Shown here: positions 46,705 through 55,050 of the stretch, in pieces
Numbering within the stretch: the first letter of the stretch is position 1
Layout: the number at the start of each line of letters is the position of its first letter
Made by a program: the position numbers and the translations under genes
The notes under the pieces: generated by a model
Told to the model about the DNA's origin: nothing
The model's database searches: none
Seen by the model: only the letters and a program-made list of their open reading frames with translations
Origin: an uncultured Blastochloridaceae bacterium
Lineage (GTDB): Bacteria; Verrucomicrobiota; Verrucomicrobiia; Methylacidiphilales; JBCBYL01
DNA: 64,000 bases
Direction of reading: 5' to 3'
Assembly: GCA_964351865.1 (NCBI GenBank)
Contig: CAYGPJ010000003.1
Coordinates: 73,553 to 137,552, forward strand

Positions 46705-46705
46705 T

Positions 46706-47011
46706 TTAGACCCCTCTCGGGTGAGAGGCCCGCTTGCGCTGTGGCGCGGTTAGATCTCTAAGCCGTAATTCCGGAGTGGTCTCTGGAATGATTGCCCCCA
46801 ATTTATCCGCATATCCCAAAACTCCCAAAGCTCTTACCGCATGGCGTAACTCAACTGTCCCATCGCCAGCCTCAATCTTTCGGTAGGTGGGAATACTGAT
46901 GCCTAGAATTTTACACATATGAGCCTGGGATAAATTTCTGCGCAACCGCTCTTTTTGGATGCGATTACCCAATTCTTCCATAGCTTCATTTTCACCTAAT
47001 ATAGAAAACAT
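46706..47011 (-). CDS. hipB: XRE-family HTH antitoxin, HipB-like
   Basis: LGNRIQKERLRRNLSQAHMCKILGISIPTYRKIEAG. The stop lies 1 nt upstream of the hipA ATG. The start is uncertain: 47074, 47011 and 46981 are all in frame. Confidence 0.8.
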   Translation of the reverse strand: MFSILGENEAMEELGNRIQKERLRRNLSQAHMCKILGISIPTYRKIEAGDGTVELRHAVRALGVLGYADKLGAIIPETTPELRLRDLTAPQRKRASHPRGV

Positions 47012-47203
47012 GGTTTCTATAAGATGGCTATAAATGGTTTTAATGCAACTAAAATTTGTATTAAAACGGTTCATCTGCAGCCGAAAACGGCAGTGATGAC
47101 CATGTCCAGCACCGTAGCGGCGGTGGTGGTGGGCGCGACTGAAAACAGATTGAGGCAGGTGTTAATGCTTACTAAGACCGGACCTACCAATTTCCAGTGG
47201 CGA

Positions 47204-47446
47204 TTAAAGCAGGTGTCGAATGGTGAATGATCTTCCTGAACCTGATTTGAGATATCTCTCAAAGGCGTCCGCTTTTTCTTTTTCCGGGAAGGCCCAGTAG
47301 AAAACGATTTTCCAGGGCATGAAATTTTTCGTTGCGGTATCTGCACCTGCATTGTGCCGGGTGAGTCGTTTCTTGAGATCCGAAGTGGAACCTTTGTACG
47401 TTTTATCGGGGTGAGATGTGGAGCGGAGGATGTAGACGTAGTGCAT
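47204..47446 (-). CDS. GIY-YIG nuclease-family protein (small stand-alone type)
   Basis: MHYVYILRS...YKGSTSDLKKRLTRHN...PWKIVFYWAFPEKEKADAFERYLKSGSGRSF, 80 aa. Confidence 0.85.
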   Translation of the reverse strand: MHYVYILRSTSHPDKTYKGSTSDLKKRLTRHNAGADTATKNFMPWKIVFYWAFPEKEKADAFERYLKSGSGRSFTIRHLL

Positions 47447-47464
47447 AGGTTGATCCTACGTCGT

Positions 47465-48044
47465 GCCCGCCTTCGCACAAGGCTTCGGCGCGAGCCTTCG
47501 TCATGATAGAAATATCGCAAATCTAATGAGTTATCGGACATTAAAACTAGAAGGCGAGCTTGCTAGCCGAAGCCTTGGCGAAGGCTAGCGGGTGACCGGA
47601 CTACGCCTAGGCTACGTCCCGGCAGGCGAGATTATCCTTACAGGTTGCACCTGTGACGCTCTGCGGAAAGCACGTTGTGATGGTTGGATTGCCTTTCAGG
47701 CATAGCAGTTCCTCCGTCGCAGAGGCTATGGAGGACACGCGAAATAGGTTCTCATTTCTTTGGCAATGATTTCCCGCCTACGCACAAGGCTACGGCGCGG
47801 ACCTTCGCCAGAAAAAGAGATTGCGAGAGTGAGTTAGGAGAGTTGCAACCAGAATCAAAAGGCGAGCTTGCTGGCCGTAGCCTTGGCGAAGGCCAGCGGG
47901 TGACGAGAGGTTATCCTCACAGGTTACACCTGTGACGCTCTGCGGGGTGCACTTCGTGGGATTTGTACTGCCGTTCCGGCATGGCAGTCGAACTGCGTTC
48001 TCATCTCGTCAGGAAATGATTTAATACCAGAAAGGTATTAAATC
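47465..48044 (-). repeat. two tandem ~280-310-bp structured repeat units between the GIY-YIG gene and tRNA-Gly, each containing a copy of the tRNA-Gly 3' end
   Basis: Unit landmarks: A motif at 47469-89 and 47776-96; B motif (inverted complement of A) at 47566-85 and 47874-93; tRNA 3' copy AGCGGGTGAC at 47587-96 and CAGCGGGTGACGAGA at 47894-908; hairpin ACAGGT-nnn-ACCTGT at 47640-54 and 47919-33. Confidence 0.75.
48018..48044 (-). terminator. hairpin immediately 3' of tRNA-Gly
   Basis: GATTTAATACC-agaaa-GGTATTAAATC forms an 11-bp stem abutting the tRNA 3' end. The U-tract is weak (ATTTCC on the minus strand). Confidence 0.45.
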
Positions 48045-48116
<72 letters not shown>

Positions 48117-48182
48117 ATCATGCGAGCTAGAAATATGGTGGAGCCTCTGAATTCTGGCAAGGGGAAAATCGGCTAATTTTCA

Positions 48183-48911
48183 TTGCTGGTATTTAAGCCC
48201 CAATCCGGTCATAACTCTTGGGTGAATACTCGCCGTCAATTGTCGCTGGCCGCATTGGTCCTGGCCAACCTGGTTCCGCTGGCCGGATGTTTTTGGTGGG
48301 AGTGGGATGCGGGTCTGATCGTGCTGTTTTTTTGGATTGAAAATCTGGTGATTGGGGCATTTAACCTGATTAAAATGGCGGCGGCTCCGGTGGATTCATC
48401 ACTTCATCATGCAGGCAAGTTATTCATGCTGCCGTTTTTCTTAATTCATTATGGCGGGTTTTGTGCGGTGCATGGGCTGTTTCTGATGGTTTTCATTAAT
48501 GGCGGGCAGGGGCCGTCTGCGCTGAATAACCTGGATGTCTCCTTTGCCTGGGGGCCGTTTGTGTTTGTGGCTCTCCTGATTGAGGTGGTGCAGCAGGCGT
48601 GGGCTCTGCTGCCAGCTGGAGCGGCATGGGGAATTGCCTCGCTGATCTTTAGTCATGGCGTTTCCTTCGTGACGCATTATTTGCTGGGTGGTGAGCGCGA
48701 GAGACTGAGGCTGAAAGATCTGATGAGCTTGCCCTATAAACGCATCGTCTTACTGCATATCGTGATCATCGCGGCCGGTGTGCCAGTCATGGCCATGGGG
48801 TCGCCGCTGCCCTTGCTGGCGTTACTGGTGCTGGCCAAGCTGGTGATGGATGCGGTGATGCATCTGCGCGAGCACCGCGAACCTGAGGTGGCGGTTACAG
48901 ATCCGCGCTGA
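48183..48911 (+). CDS. polytopic membrane protein of unknown function (DUF6498-like, tentative)
   Basis: About 6 TM segments with N-terminal LSLAALVLANLVPLAGCFWWEWDAGLIVLFFWIENLVIGAFN. There is no ATG start; the candidates are TTG 48183 and GTG 48222. Confidence 0.5.
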   Translation: MLVFKPQSGHNSWVNTRRQLSLAALVLANLVPLAGCFWWEWDAGLIVLFFWIENLVIGAFNLIKMAAAPVDSSLHHAGKLFMLPFFLIHYGGFCAVHGLFLMVFINGGQGPSALNNLDVSFAWGPFVFVALLIEVVQQAWALLPAGAAWGIASLIFSHGVSFVTHYLLGGERERLRLKDLMSLPYKRIVLLHIVIIAAGVPVMAMGSPLPLLALLVLAKLVMDAVMHLREHREPEVAVTDPR

Positions 48912-49767
48912 TCTGTTTTAGATATTTTCTCAGCCCCGGCCCGACGTCGTCTCGCTTCAGGGCAAAGTGGATATTGGTTTTGAGAAAATCGAGTTTGTTC
49001 CCGATATCGTGGCGCATACCGTCGAGTTTCAGACCATAAGCTGCTCGTTTGCCTAGGAGTGCCTGCATGGCATCGGTGAGCTGGATTTCCCCGTTTTTTC
49101 CTGGTTTGGTTTTTTCGAGAAATTCGAAGATTTCGGGATTGAAGACATAGCGGCCCGCAATGGCCAGATTGGAGGGAGCCTCGGCTAGCGGTGGCTTTTC
49201 CACAAATTTCTCAACGAGGTAAAGTCCTTCTTCGATCTCGTTTCCTCCCATGATGCCATAACGGTCTACCTTGGCGGGGTCGACTTCTTCCAGCAGTACG
49301 GCGGATTCCTGGTAGCGATTGAAGACATCGATGAGTTGTTGGGTGGCGTGACCGCGGGGGGATTCGATGAGCGTGTCTCCGAGTAATAGCACAAAAGGTT
49401 CGTGACCGACATGTTGGCGGGCGCACAAGACGGCGTCGCCGAGACCATTAAGTTCTTTTTGCCAGACGAAATGAATGTTCGCGAGGGTTGAGATGGATTT
49501 GATGAGCTCCAGTTCTACGAATTTATTTTTAGCCTCGAGTTCCGCTTCCAGTTCAAAGCTGCGGTCAAAGTGTTCTTCGATTGCGCGTTTACTTTTACCG
49601 ATGACCATCAGGATATCGGTGATCCCGGAGGCCACGATTTCTTCCACCACGTATTGAATGGTGGGCGTGTCGACAATGGGCAGCATTTCTTTCGGCTGCG
49701 ATTTAGAGGCAGGCAGGAATCTGGTTCCGTAGCCTGCGGCGGGGATGACGGCTTTTCGTACTTTCAC
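48895..49767 (-). CDS. galU: UTP--glucose-1-phosphate uridylyltransferase (GalU-type sugar-1-phosphate nucleotidyltransferase)
   Basis: KAVIPAAGYGTRFLPASKSQPKEMLPIVDTP and LGDAV blocks, 290 aa. Confidence 0.9.
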   Translation of the reverse strand: MKVRKAVIPAAGYGTRFLPASKSQPKEMLPIVDTPTIQYVVEEIVASGITDILMVIGKSKRAIEEHFDRSFELEAELEAKNKFVELELIKSISTLANIHFVWQKELNGLGDAVLCARQHVGHEPFVLLLGDTLIESPRGHATQQLIDVFNRYQESAVLLEEVDPAKVDRYGIMGGNEIEEGLYLVEKFVEKPPLAEAPSNLAIAGRYVFNPEIFEFLEKTKPGKNGEIQLTDAMQALLGKRAAYGLKLDGMRHDIGNKLDFLKTNIHFALKRDDVGPGLRKYLKQISADL

Positions 49768-50771
49768 TGGGGGCCTCCGATAATGTGGGGTTTGATGACT
49801 AAGATGTGAAGTTTTTCTAGTGCTTCACACAGTCGCTCATACATGGCTTCATCCTCGTAGGTGCCAACGATGGCGCCTCCGGAACCACTGAATTTGGCGC
49901 TGGCTCCAACACTGCGTGCGGTGTCGACCATGGTCAGGTTGCCTTCGCTGAGTTGGTAGAGGCGTTTGCGCTGATCGAAATTGGCGTCCAGCAGCGGACC
50001 GAGTTCGGAAGGTTTGCCATCGAGGATTAATTCGCGGGCGCGACCGGTGAGATTCGTCCAGTGTTGCATTGCTGCCAGGATCTCTTCGTCGCCTTTTTCA
50101 AAGCGGGCCCGGATGTTGTTGTGGAAAATTTCACTGCCTTCGGATAAATCCTGACGATAGGCGATGTAGATCTTGGGCAGCGCATTGCTCGGGAGGTATT
50201 CGTATTGGCCGTGGCCGTGCTCCTCCATGAATGTTTGTTCGAAGTCCATGTAAACCAGACCTTCGTAGACTTGGGCGACCCGGTCTTGCAGGCCGGCGGA
50301 GATGCCGAGTTCGCGGGTTTCCACAGCCAGAATCAGATTAGGCAGATTGACTTGCTTAATTTCAATATCAAAAAACTCCATCAAGGCTCGCATGGTCGCG
50401 GTAATGATTGCGCTGGATCCGGCCAGGCCGACCTGGCCGGGGATGTTGGTGTGATAACGGATTGTGAAGTTTTTATCATGCAATGGCAGTTCGGCTTGCT
50501 GGCAATATTCATAGAAGCACTTGATGGTGGCCTTGATCAGTCGGATGCCGCCGTAGTAGCCGAACTGGTTGACGTCTTCCACCATGTGGTGGATATCGTC
50601 ATAGACTTCGTGATCGCGTTTTTCGGGCAAAATAGCCAACTCCGGTGTCTCGTAGAGCTGGATTTTGGCACGGAAGGCATCGAAGGTGAAGCTGATGGTT
50701 TTTCCGAAGTAGCCATCGGAGGGATTTCCGATCAGGCCGACGCGCGGATAAGCTTTTGTTTGAATGATCAT
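49764..50771 (-). CDS. GHMP-family sugar kinase, glucuronokinase-like
   Basis: GHMP motif NIPGQVGLAGSSAI, N-terminal RVGLIGNPSDGYFGKTIS and AGLQDRVAQVYEGLVYMDF. These resemble my recollection of plant glucuronokinase. ATGA overlap with galU. Confidence 0.7.
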   Translation of the reverse strand: MIIQTKAYPRVGLIGNPSDGYFGKTISFTFDAFRAKIQLYETPELAILPEKRDHEVYDDIHHMVEDVNQFGYYGGIRLIKATIKCFYEYCQQAELPLHDKNFTIRYHTNIPGQVGLAGSSAIITATMRALMEFFDIEIKQVNLPNLILAVETRELGISAGLQDRVAQVYEGLVYMDFEQTFMEEHGHGQYEYLPSNALPKIYIAYRQDLSEGSEIFHNNIRARFEKGDEEILAAMQHWTNLTGRARELILDGKPSELGPLLDANFDQRKRLYQLSEGNLTMVDTARSVGASAKFSGSGGAIVGTYEDEAMYERLCEALEKLHILVIKPHIIGGPQ

Positions 50772-50894
50772 AATTTAGCGATAAACGAAAATGCTGCCCG
50801 CGTGGGAGCTGTCTGCCAATCAGGAAATGTGACTTGATTGTCGGGCAGGTGTTGAGTGTTGAATGCAGGGCGTAAGGGCAGTAGGGTCTGGTTT

Positions 50895-51215
50895 ATGAAT
50901 TTGATCCGAAAAGCATTTGTCATGTCCTTAAATAAAGGCCAACGAGAGGAATACGCTAAGCGGCATGCTCCGATCTGGCCGGAACTGGAACAGGTGCTGA
51001 AAAGTCATGGCGCACATAACTATTCCATTTTTTATGATGCAACGACTCGTCAGTTGTTTGGTTATGTAGAAATCGAAGATGAAACGCGCTGGCAGGCGAT
51101 TGCTGACACCGAAGAGTGTCGTCGATGGTGGGCACATATGCAGGAGATTATGCCATCGAATGCTGACAATAGTCCGATCTCGGTTGAGCTGGATGAGGTC
51201 TTTCATCTGGATTAG
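50895..51215 (+). CDS. rhaM: L-rhamnose mutarotase-like protein
   Basis: [29 protein letters not shown] and RWWAHM blocks. I moved the start to ATG 50895. Confidence 0.75.
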   Translation: MNLIRKAFVMSLNKGQREEYAKRHAPIWPELEQVLKSHGAHNYSIFYDATTRQLFGYVEIEDETRWQAIADTEECRRWWAHMQEIMPSNADNSPISVELDEVFHLD

Positions 51216-51236
51216 ATCTATCGAGGAGATTTAAGG

Positions 51237-51821
51237 ATGAAAACGATTTGTGTTTATTGTGGGTCGCGGATGGGGGCGAATCCCGCTTATCAGATCGCGG
51301 CCAAGGCGTTGGGAACTGAGTTGGTTCGGCGTGGTTATGGGTTGGTGTATGGCGGGGGCGATGTCGGGTTGATGGGGGTAGTCGCGCATACGGTGATGGA
51401 TGCCGGGGGGACGGTGACCGGGGTGATTCCAGAAATACTGATGCACCAGGAATTGGGTTTGGATGCGGTAACGGAACTAGTGGTGGTGAAGTCGATGCAC
51501 GAACGCAAACTCACGATGGCTGAGCGTGCGGGTGGGTTTATTGCACTGCCGGGCGGGATCGGAACGCTGGAAGAACTATTTGAAATTCTGACTTGGGGTT
51601 ATCTGGGGCTGCATCGCAAGCCGGTTGGTCTGCTTAATATAGACGGATATTATGAATCACTGATGTCCTTTTTAGCTAAGACCGAAGCGGAGGGATTTAT
51701 GCATCAGCCACTGGATCGCTTTCTGAGCGTCGAAGCGGAAGCGGCACCTTTATTGGATCGGTTGGAGACAATGGTGCTGCCGGAAGTCGAGACGATCATT
51801 GAAAAAGCGGATCAGACATGA
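51237..51821 (+). CDS. LOG-family (TIGR00730) nucleotide phosphoribohydrolase
   Basis: VYCGS...VYGGG...PGGIGTLEE motifs. Confidence 0.85.
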   Translation: MKTICVYCGSRMGANPAYQIAAKALGTELVRRGYGLVYGGGDVGLMGVVAHTVMDAGGTVTGVIPEILMHQELGLDAVTELVVVKSMHERKLTMAERAGGFIALPGGIGTLEELFEILTWGYLGLHRKPVGLLNIDGYYESLMSFLAKTEAEGFMHQPLDRFLSVEAEAAPLLDRLETMVLPEVETIIEKADQT

Positions 51822-52258
51822 AGCTGCGCATCATTACGGTAGGTAAGCCAAAGTTGAAATTTATTACCCCGGGGGTGGAGATGTATCTCCAGCGCTTGCA
51901 GCCCTACGGAGCCTGTGAGTGGGTGACGGTAAAATCCGGAACGAAAACATCGGAAGGCGAGTTACTGCTGAAAGCTTCGACGGCCGGAGTGCGTGTGATT
52001 CTGGATGAATTTGGGAAAACGATCGGCAGTGTTGAGCTGTCAGAGAAGATCAACAACTGGGAGTTCGAGGCAATCAGAGAGGTGAACTTTCTGATTGGTG
52101 GAGCGGATGGTCATTCGGATGAAGTGAAGTCAGTTGCTGATTGGAAGTGGTCGCTGAGCAAATTGACGTTGCAACATGAACTTGCCTTACTGATGCTGAT
52201 GGAGCAACTCTATCGCGCCCAGACGATTCGCCGCGGAGAACCCTACCACCGGTTCTAG
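51818..52258 (+). CDS. rlmH: 23S rRNA (pseudouridine1915-N3)-methyltransferase
   Basis: MKLRIITVGKPK N-terminus, SPOUT-type C-terminus, ~146 aa. ATGA overlap with the upstream gene. Confidence 0.85.
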   Translation: MKLRIITVGKPKLKFITPGVEMYLQRLQPYGACEWVTVKSGTKTSEGELLLKASTAGVRVILDEFGKTIGSVELSEKINNWEFEAIREVNFLIGGADGHSDEVKSVADWKWSLSKLTLQHELALLMLMEQLYRAQTIRRGEPYHRF

Positions 52259-52270
52259 CGGACGGCAGCT

Positions 52271-52837
52271 TTACATCTTCGGGATGGTGATGCCGGTTTG
52301 GCCCTGATATTTGCCACCGCGATCTTTGTAGCTGGTTTTACAAGGTTGGTCGGCGCGAAAGAAGAGGACCTGAGCCAGACCTTCGTTGGCGTAAACTTTG
52401 GCGGGTAGCGGAGTGGTGTTGCTGATTTCCAGCGTGACGTGGCCTTCCCATTCCGGTTCGAAGGGGGTGACGTTGACGATGATACCACAGCGGGCGTAAG
52501 TGCTTTTCCCGAGGCAGACGGTGAGCACATCGCGCGGGATGCGGAAATATTCGATACTGCGAGCGAGGGCGAAGCTGTTGGGCGGGACGATGCACATGTC
52601 GGTAGTCATATCTACGAAGGAGTCGGCACAAAATTCTTTGGGATCGATCAGGCTGTTGTTGACGTTGGTGAAAATTTTAAATTCGTTGCTGACGCGCAGG
52701 TCGTAGCCGTAAGAACTGGTGCCGTAAGAAATGACCCGGTTGCCGGTTTCATTCTGCCTGACTTGGCTAGCTTCAAATGGTTCGATCATTCCATTTTGCG
52801 CCAGTTCGATAATTTGCTCGTCACATAAAATACTCAT
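52271..52837 (-). CDS. dcd: dCTP deaminase
   Basis: [29 protein letters not shown] and EISNTTPLP blocks, 188 aa. Confidence 0.9.
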   Translation of the reverse strand: MSILCDEQIIELAQNGMIEPFEASQVRQNETGNRVISYGTSSYGYDLRVSNEFKIFTNVNNSLIDPKEFCADSFVDMTTDMCIVPPNSFALARSIEYFRIPRDVLTVCLGKSTYARCGIIVNVTPFEPEWEGHVTLEISNTTPLPAKVYANEGLAQVLFFRADQPCKTSYKDRGGKYQGQTGITIPKM

Positions 52838-52884
52838 GACGGCATGCTATGAATCCATTGAGGAATGCCAACGAAAATGTCACC

Positions 52885-52924
52885 CCCAATCTTGAATGTA
52901 TCACGTGATACACTCAAGATTGGG
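52885..52924. terminator. 40-nt near-perfect palindrome between mgtE and dcd
   Basis: CCCAATCTTGAATGTATCAC (52885-904) pairs with GTGATACACTCAAGATTGGG (52905-24) with one mismatch. On the minus strand ...CATTTTCG follows it. Confidence 0.4.
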
Positions 52925-52932
52925 AATCTGCC

Positions 52933-54291
52933 TTACATCATTTCCGGAAACATGGAGATGGCGCCGGCGGCCATGCCGAGGAAGAGGAAGAATCCGACGA
53001 CGTCCGTGACGGTGGTGACCATGATGCCGGATGCCAGTGCTGGGTCAATTTTCAGCGTTTTCAGTCCTATGGGGACCAGCACGCCGGCCACGGCAGCAGC
53101 CAGCATGTTCAGCACCATTGCCAGGCAGATGACGATACCGATGATGTAATTGCCTTTCCAGAGCCAGCAAGCCAAACCGACCGCGATGCCGGTGGCCAAG
53201 CCAGTGCAGAGACTGACGAGGGTTTCTTTAAGTAGAATCCGGTTGCGGTCGATCAGTTCGATCTCACCGAGGGCCAGAGCTCGCACCACAATTGTCAGTG
53301 TCTGGCTGCCGGCATTGCCGCCCTGACCCGCCACGATCGGCAAGAAGACGGCCAGCAACGCATAGCTGGCAATGGTCTCCTCAAACAGAGAAACGACCGC
53401 TGCCGCCAGGAAAGCGGTGAAGAGATTGACGAACAACCACGGGGTGCGGTTGGCGACGGAGGTCTTCCATGAGCCATCGATCATTTCCTCTCCACTCAGA
53501 CCCACCAGACGTTGCATATCCTCGGTGGCTTCGTCCTGAATGACTTCGATGACGTCATCGTGAGTGACGATGCCTGCCATGCGGCCGAAGTCATCGACTA
53601 CTGGAACCGCCAGGTAGTGGTAATTCTGCACCAGTTCTGCGATTTCCTCCTGGTCTGCGTAGACCGAAACGCAGCGGACCTCTTTAATCATCACGTCTCT
53701 GACGAGGCGGTTGGGGTCGCGAAACAGTAAATCCCGGATGCGCAGGATGCCGCGCAGTCTTCCGCCGTCATCGGTCACGTAAACATAAAGGATGCCCTCG
53801 TTATCCGATTCATCTTCTTTACGGATGTCTTCACGAGCTTCACGCAGCGTCTGAGATTCACGCACCGAGATGAACTCGCTTTGCATGATACCCCCGGCGG
53901 TGTCATCATCGTATTTAAGCAGGTCTGTCAGGTTGGTGGCGTCCTCTTTCGGCAGTGCCGTCATGATTTCACGCAGTCGTTCCGTCGAGAGCTGCCCCAG
54001 GACGTCGGCAGCATCATCACTGAACATTTCTGTAATAATGCCGGAGAGTCGGTGTACTCGCATCGAGTCGAACAGTTCCACCTGAGTCTCTTCCGGTAGC
54101 TCGGTCAAGACTTCCGCGGTCAGTTCGTCGGGTAACCCCTGAAAGATTTTGCGAATACTGAGCGGCTCGAAGTGTTCGATCTGGCGCGCAATATCATGCG
54201 GGTGCTCTTTTTTGAGTCCCTCGATGAAATTGCTGTCAATCAAGTCAGTTTGGTGGTGAGTCTGCGCAGCCATGCGACAGAGCATAGTCAT
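52933..54291 (-). CDS. mgtE: magnesium transporter MgtE
   Basis: N-domain, tandem CBS region and a C-terminal TM domain with GNAGSQ and ASGIMVTTVTDVVGF. Confidence 0.9.
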   Translation of the reverse strand: MTMLCRMAAQTHHQTDLIDSNFIEGLKKEHPHDIARQIEHFEPLSIRKIFQGLPDELTAEVLTELPEETQVELFDSMRVHRLSGIITEMFSDDAADVLGQLSTERLREIMTALPKEDATNLTDLLKYDDDTAGGIMQSEFISVRESQTLREAREDIRKEDESDNEGILYVYVTDDGGRLRGILRIRDLLFRDPNRLVRDVMIKEVRCVSVYADQEEIAELVQNYHYLAVPVVDDFGRMAGIVTHDDVIEVIQDEATEDMQRLVGLSGEEMIDGSWKTSVANRTPWLFVNLFTAFLAAAVVSLFEETIASYALLAVFLPIVAGQGGNAGSQTLTIVVRALALGEIELIDRNRILLKETLVSLCTGLATGIAVGLACWLWKGNYIIGIVICLAMVLNMLAAAVAGVLVPIGLKTLKIDPALASGIMVTTVTDVVGFFLFLGMAAGAISMFPEMM

Positions 54292-54293
54292 TT

Positions 54294-54560
54294 TTAGCGC
54301 TTCGCCAAGACTGAGAATAGGAGATATAAAAGCGCGCCCGCCAGCAGCGCCAGCACGTCATTAAAATCAGCATAGCCCCAGCCTGCCAGCGGAGCGATAC
54401 CCTCAAATACAATCACTGCCGCAAGGGTGCCGATGGTGACATTTCTCCAACCAACCGGTTGTCCATTATTTCCTCCCACCGAGGAAGGCAGGACGGCAAC
54501 CAGTGAAAAACAGACGAGGGGGAACAGGAAGCTTGGGAGTGAGTCACGCAGCAGATTCAC
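54294..54560 (-). CDS. small membrane protein, VanZ-like C-terminus; N-terminus uncertain
   Basis: The track ORF starts at GTG 54560. The frame stays open upstream to 54708 and encodes a further TM segment (IKTRTPHLILLATSWLAYAL) with no ATG or GTG; only ATT 54647 and CTG 54626 are available. The stop lies 2 nt before the mgtE ATG. Confidence 0.4.
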   Translation of the reverse strand: MNLLRDSLPSFLFPLVCFSLVAVLPSSVGGNNGQPVGWRNVTIGTLAAVIVFEGIAPLAGWGYADFNDVLALLAGALLYLLFSVLAKR

Positions 54561-54671
54561 GCCACCGGGCGGACGATGGTAGCGATTCAGCGCGTAGGCC
54601 AGCCAGGACGTGGCTAGCAGAATCAGGTGAGGGGTTCGAGTTTTAATGAGGGAATGGCTCCGCTGTGCGCT

Positions 54672-54718
54672 AATGAGGGACGGAGGAAATTTAGACGAAT
54701 TTACCTCCGTCCCTCATT
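54672..54718. repeat. REP-like hairpin, second copy of the GGGACGGAGG...CCTCCGTCCC family
   Basis: AATGAGGGACGGAGGAAATTT (54672-92) pairs with AATTTACCTCCGTCCCTCATT (54698-718). It shares its core with 14571-14615. Confidence 0.6.
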
Positions 54719-54720
54719 GA

Positions 54721-54780
54721 TTAACAACCCCACAAAGTGACGGTAGTGATGATCAGGAGAATCAGAGTAATTTGAGTCAT
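54721..54780 (-). CDS. possible 19-aa hydrophobic micro-protein downstream of pspC-domain gene
   Basis: My translation is MTQITLILLIITTVTLWGC*. The ATG lies 14 nt after the upstream stop. There is no supporting homology. Confidence 0.25.
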   Translation of the reverse strand: MTQITLILLIITTVTLWGC

Positions 54781-54794
54781 ATTGAAGTGGTGGG

Positions 54795-54983
54795 TTAATG
54801 CGCAGGTTTAGAGGGCATGATGATCCAGAGTGCGATGTAAACGATGATGCCGGGAAAAGCAGCGCTTAAGACGCTGATCAGTACAAATAGCACCCGCACC
54901 AGTGTGGCGTCCCAACCCAGGAATTCAGCCAGTCCTCCGCAGACACCACCCAGCATACGGTCAGTAGATTTAATCAGTGGCAT
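54795..54983 (-). CDS. PspC-domain membrane protein
   Basis: RMLGGVCGGLAEFLGWDATLVRVLFVL is the PspC-domain signature, 62 aa. Confidence 0.8.
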   Translation of the reverse strand: MPLIKSTDRMLGGVCGGLAEFLGWDATLVRVLFVLISVLSAAFPGIIVYIALWIIMPSKPAH

Positions 54984-55050
54984 GCAACACAGATAACCTC
55001 ATCTTGCGCCGATTGACAAGGCTAGGAATTTAAGAGTCGGCGGGCCTGCT

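Noticed and set aside
47071-47541. 156-aa minus-strand ORF spanning the GIY-YIG gene region
   Set aside because: It overlaps the well-supported 80-aa GIY-YIG frame in a different frame. It is Arg/Ser/Pro-rich with no motif.
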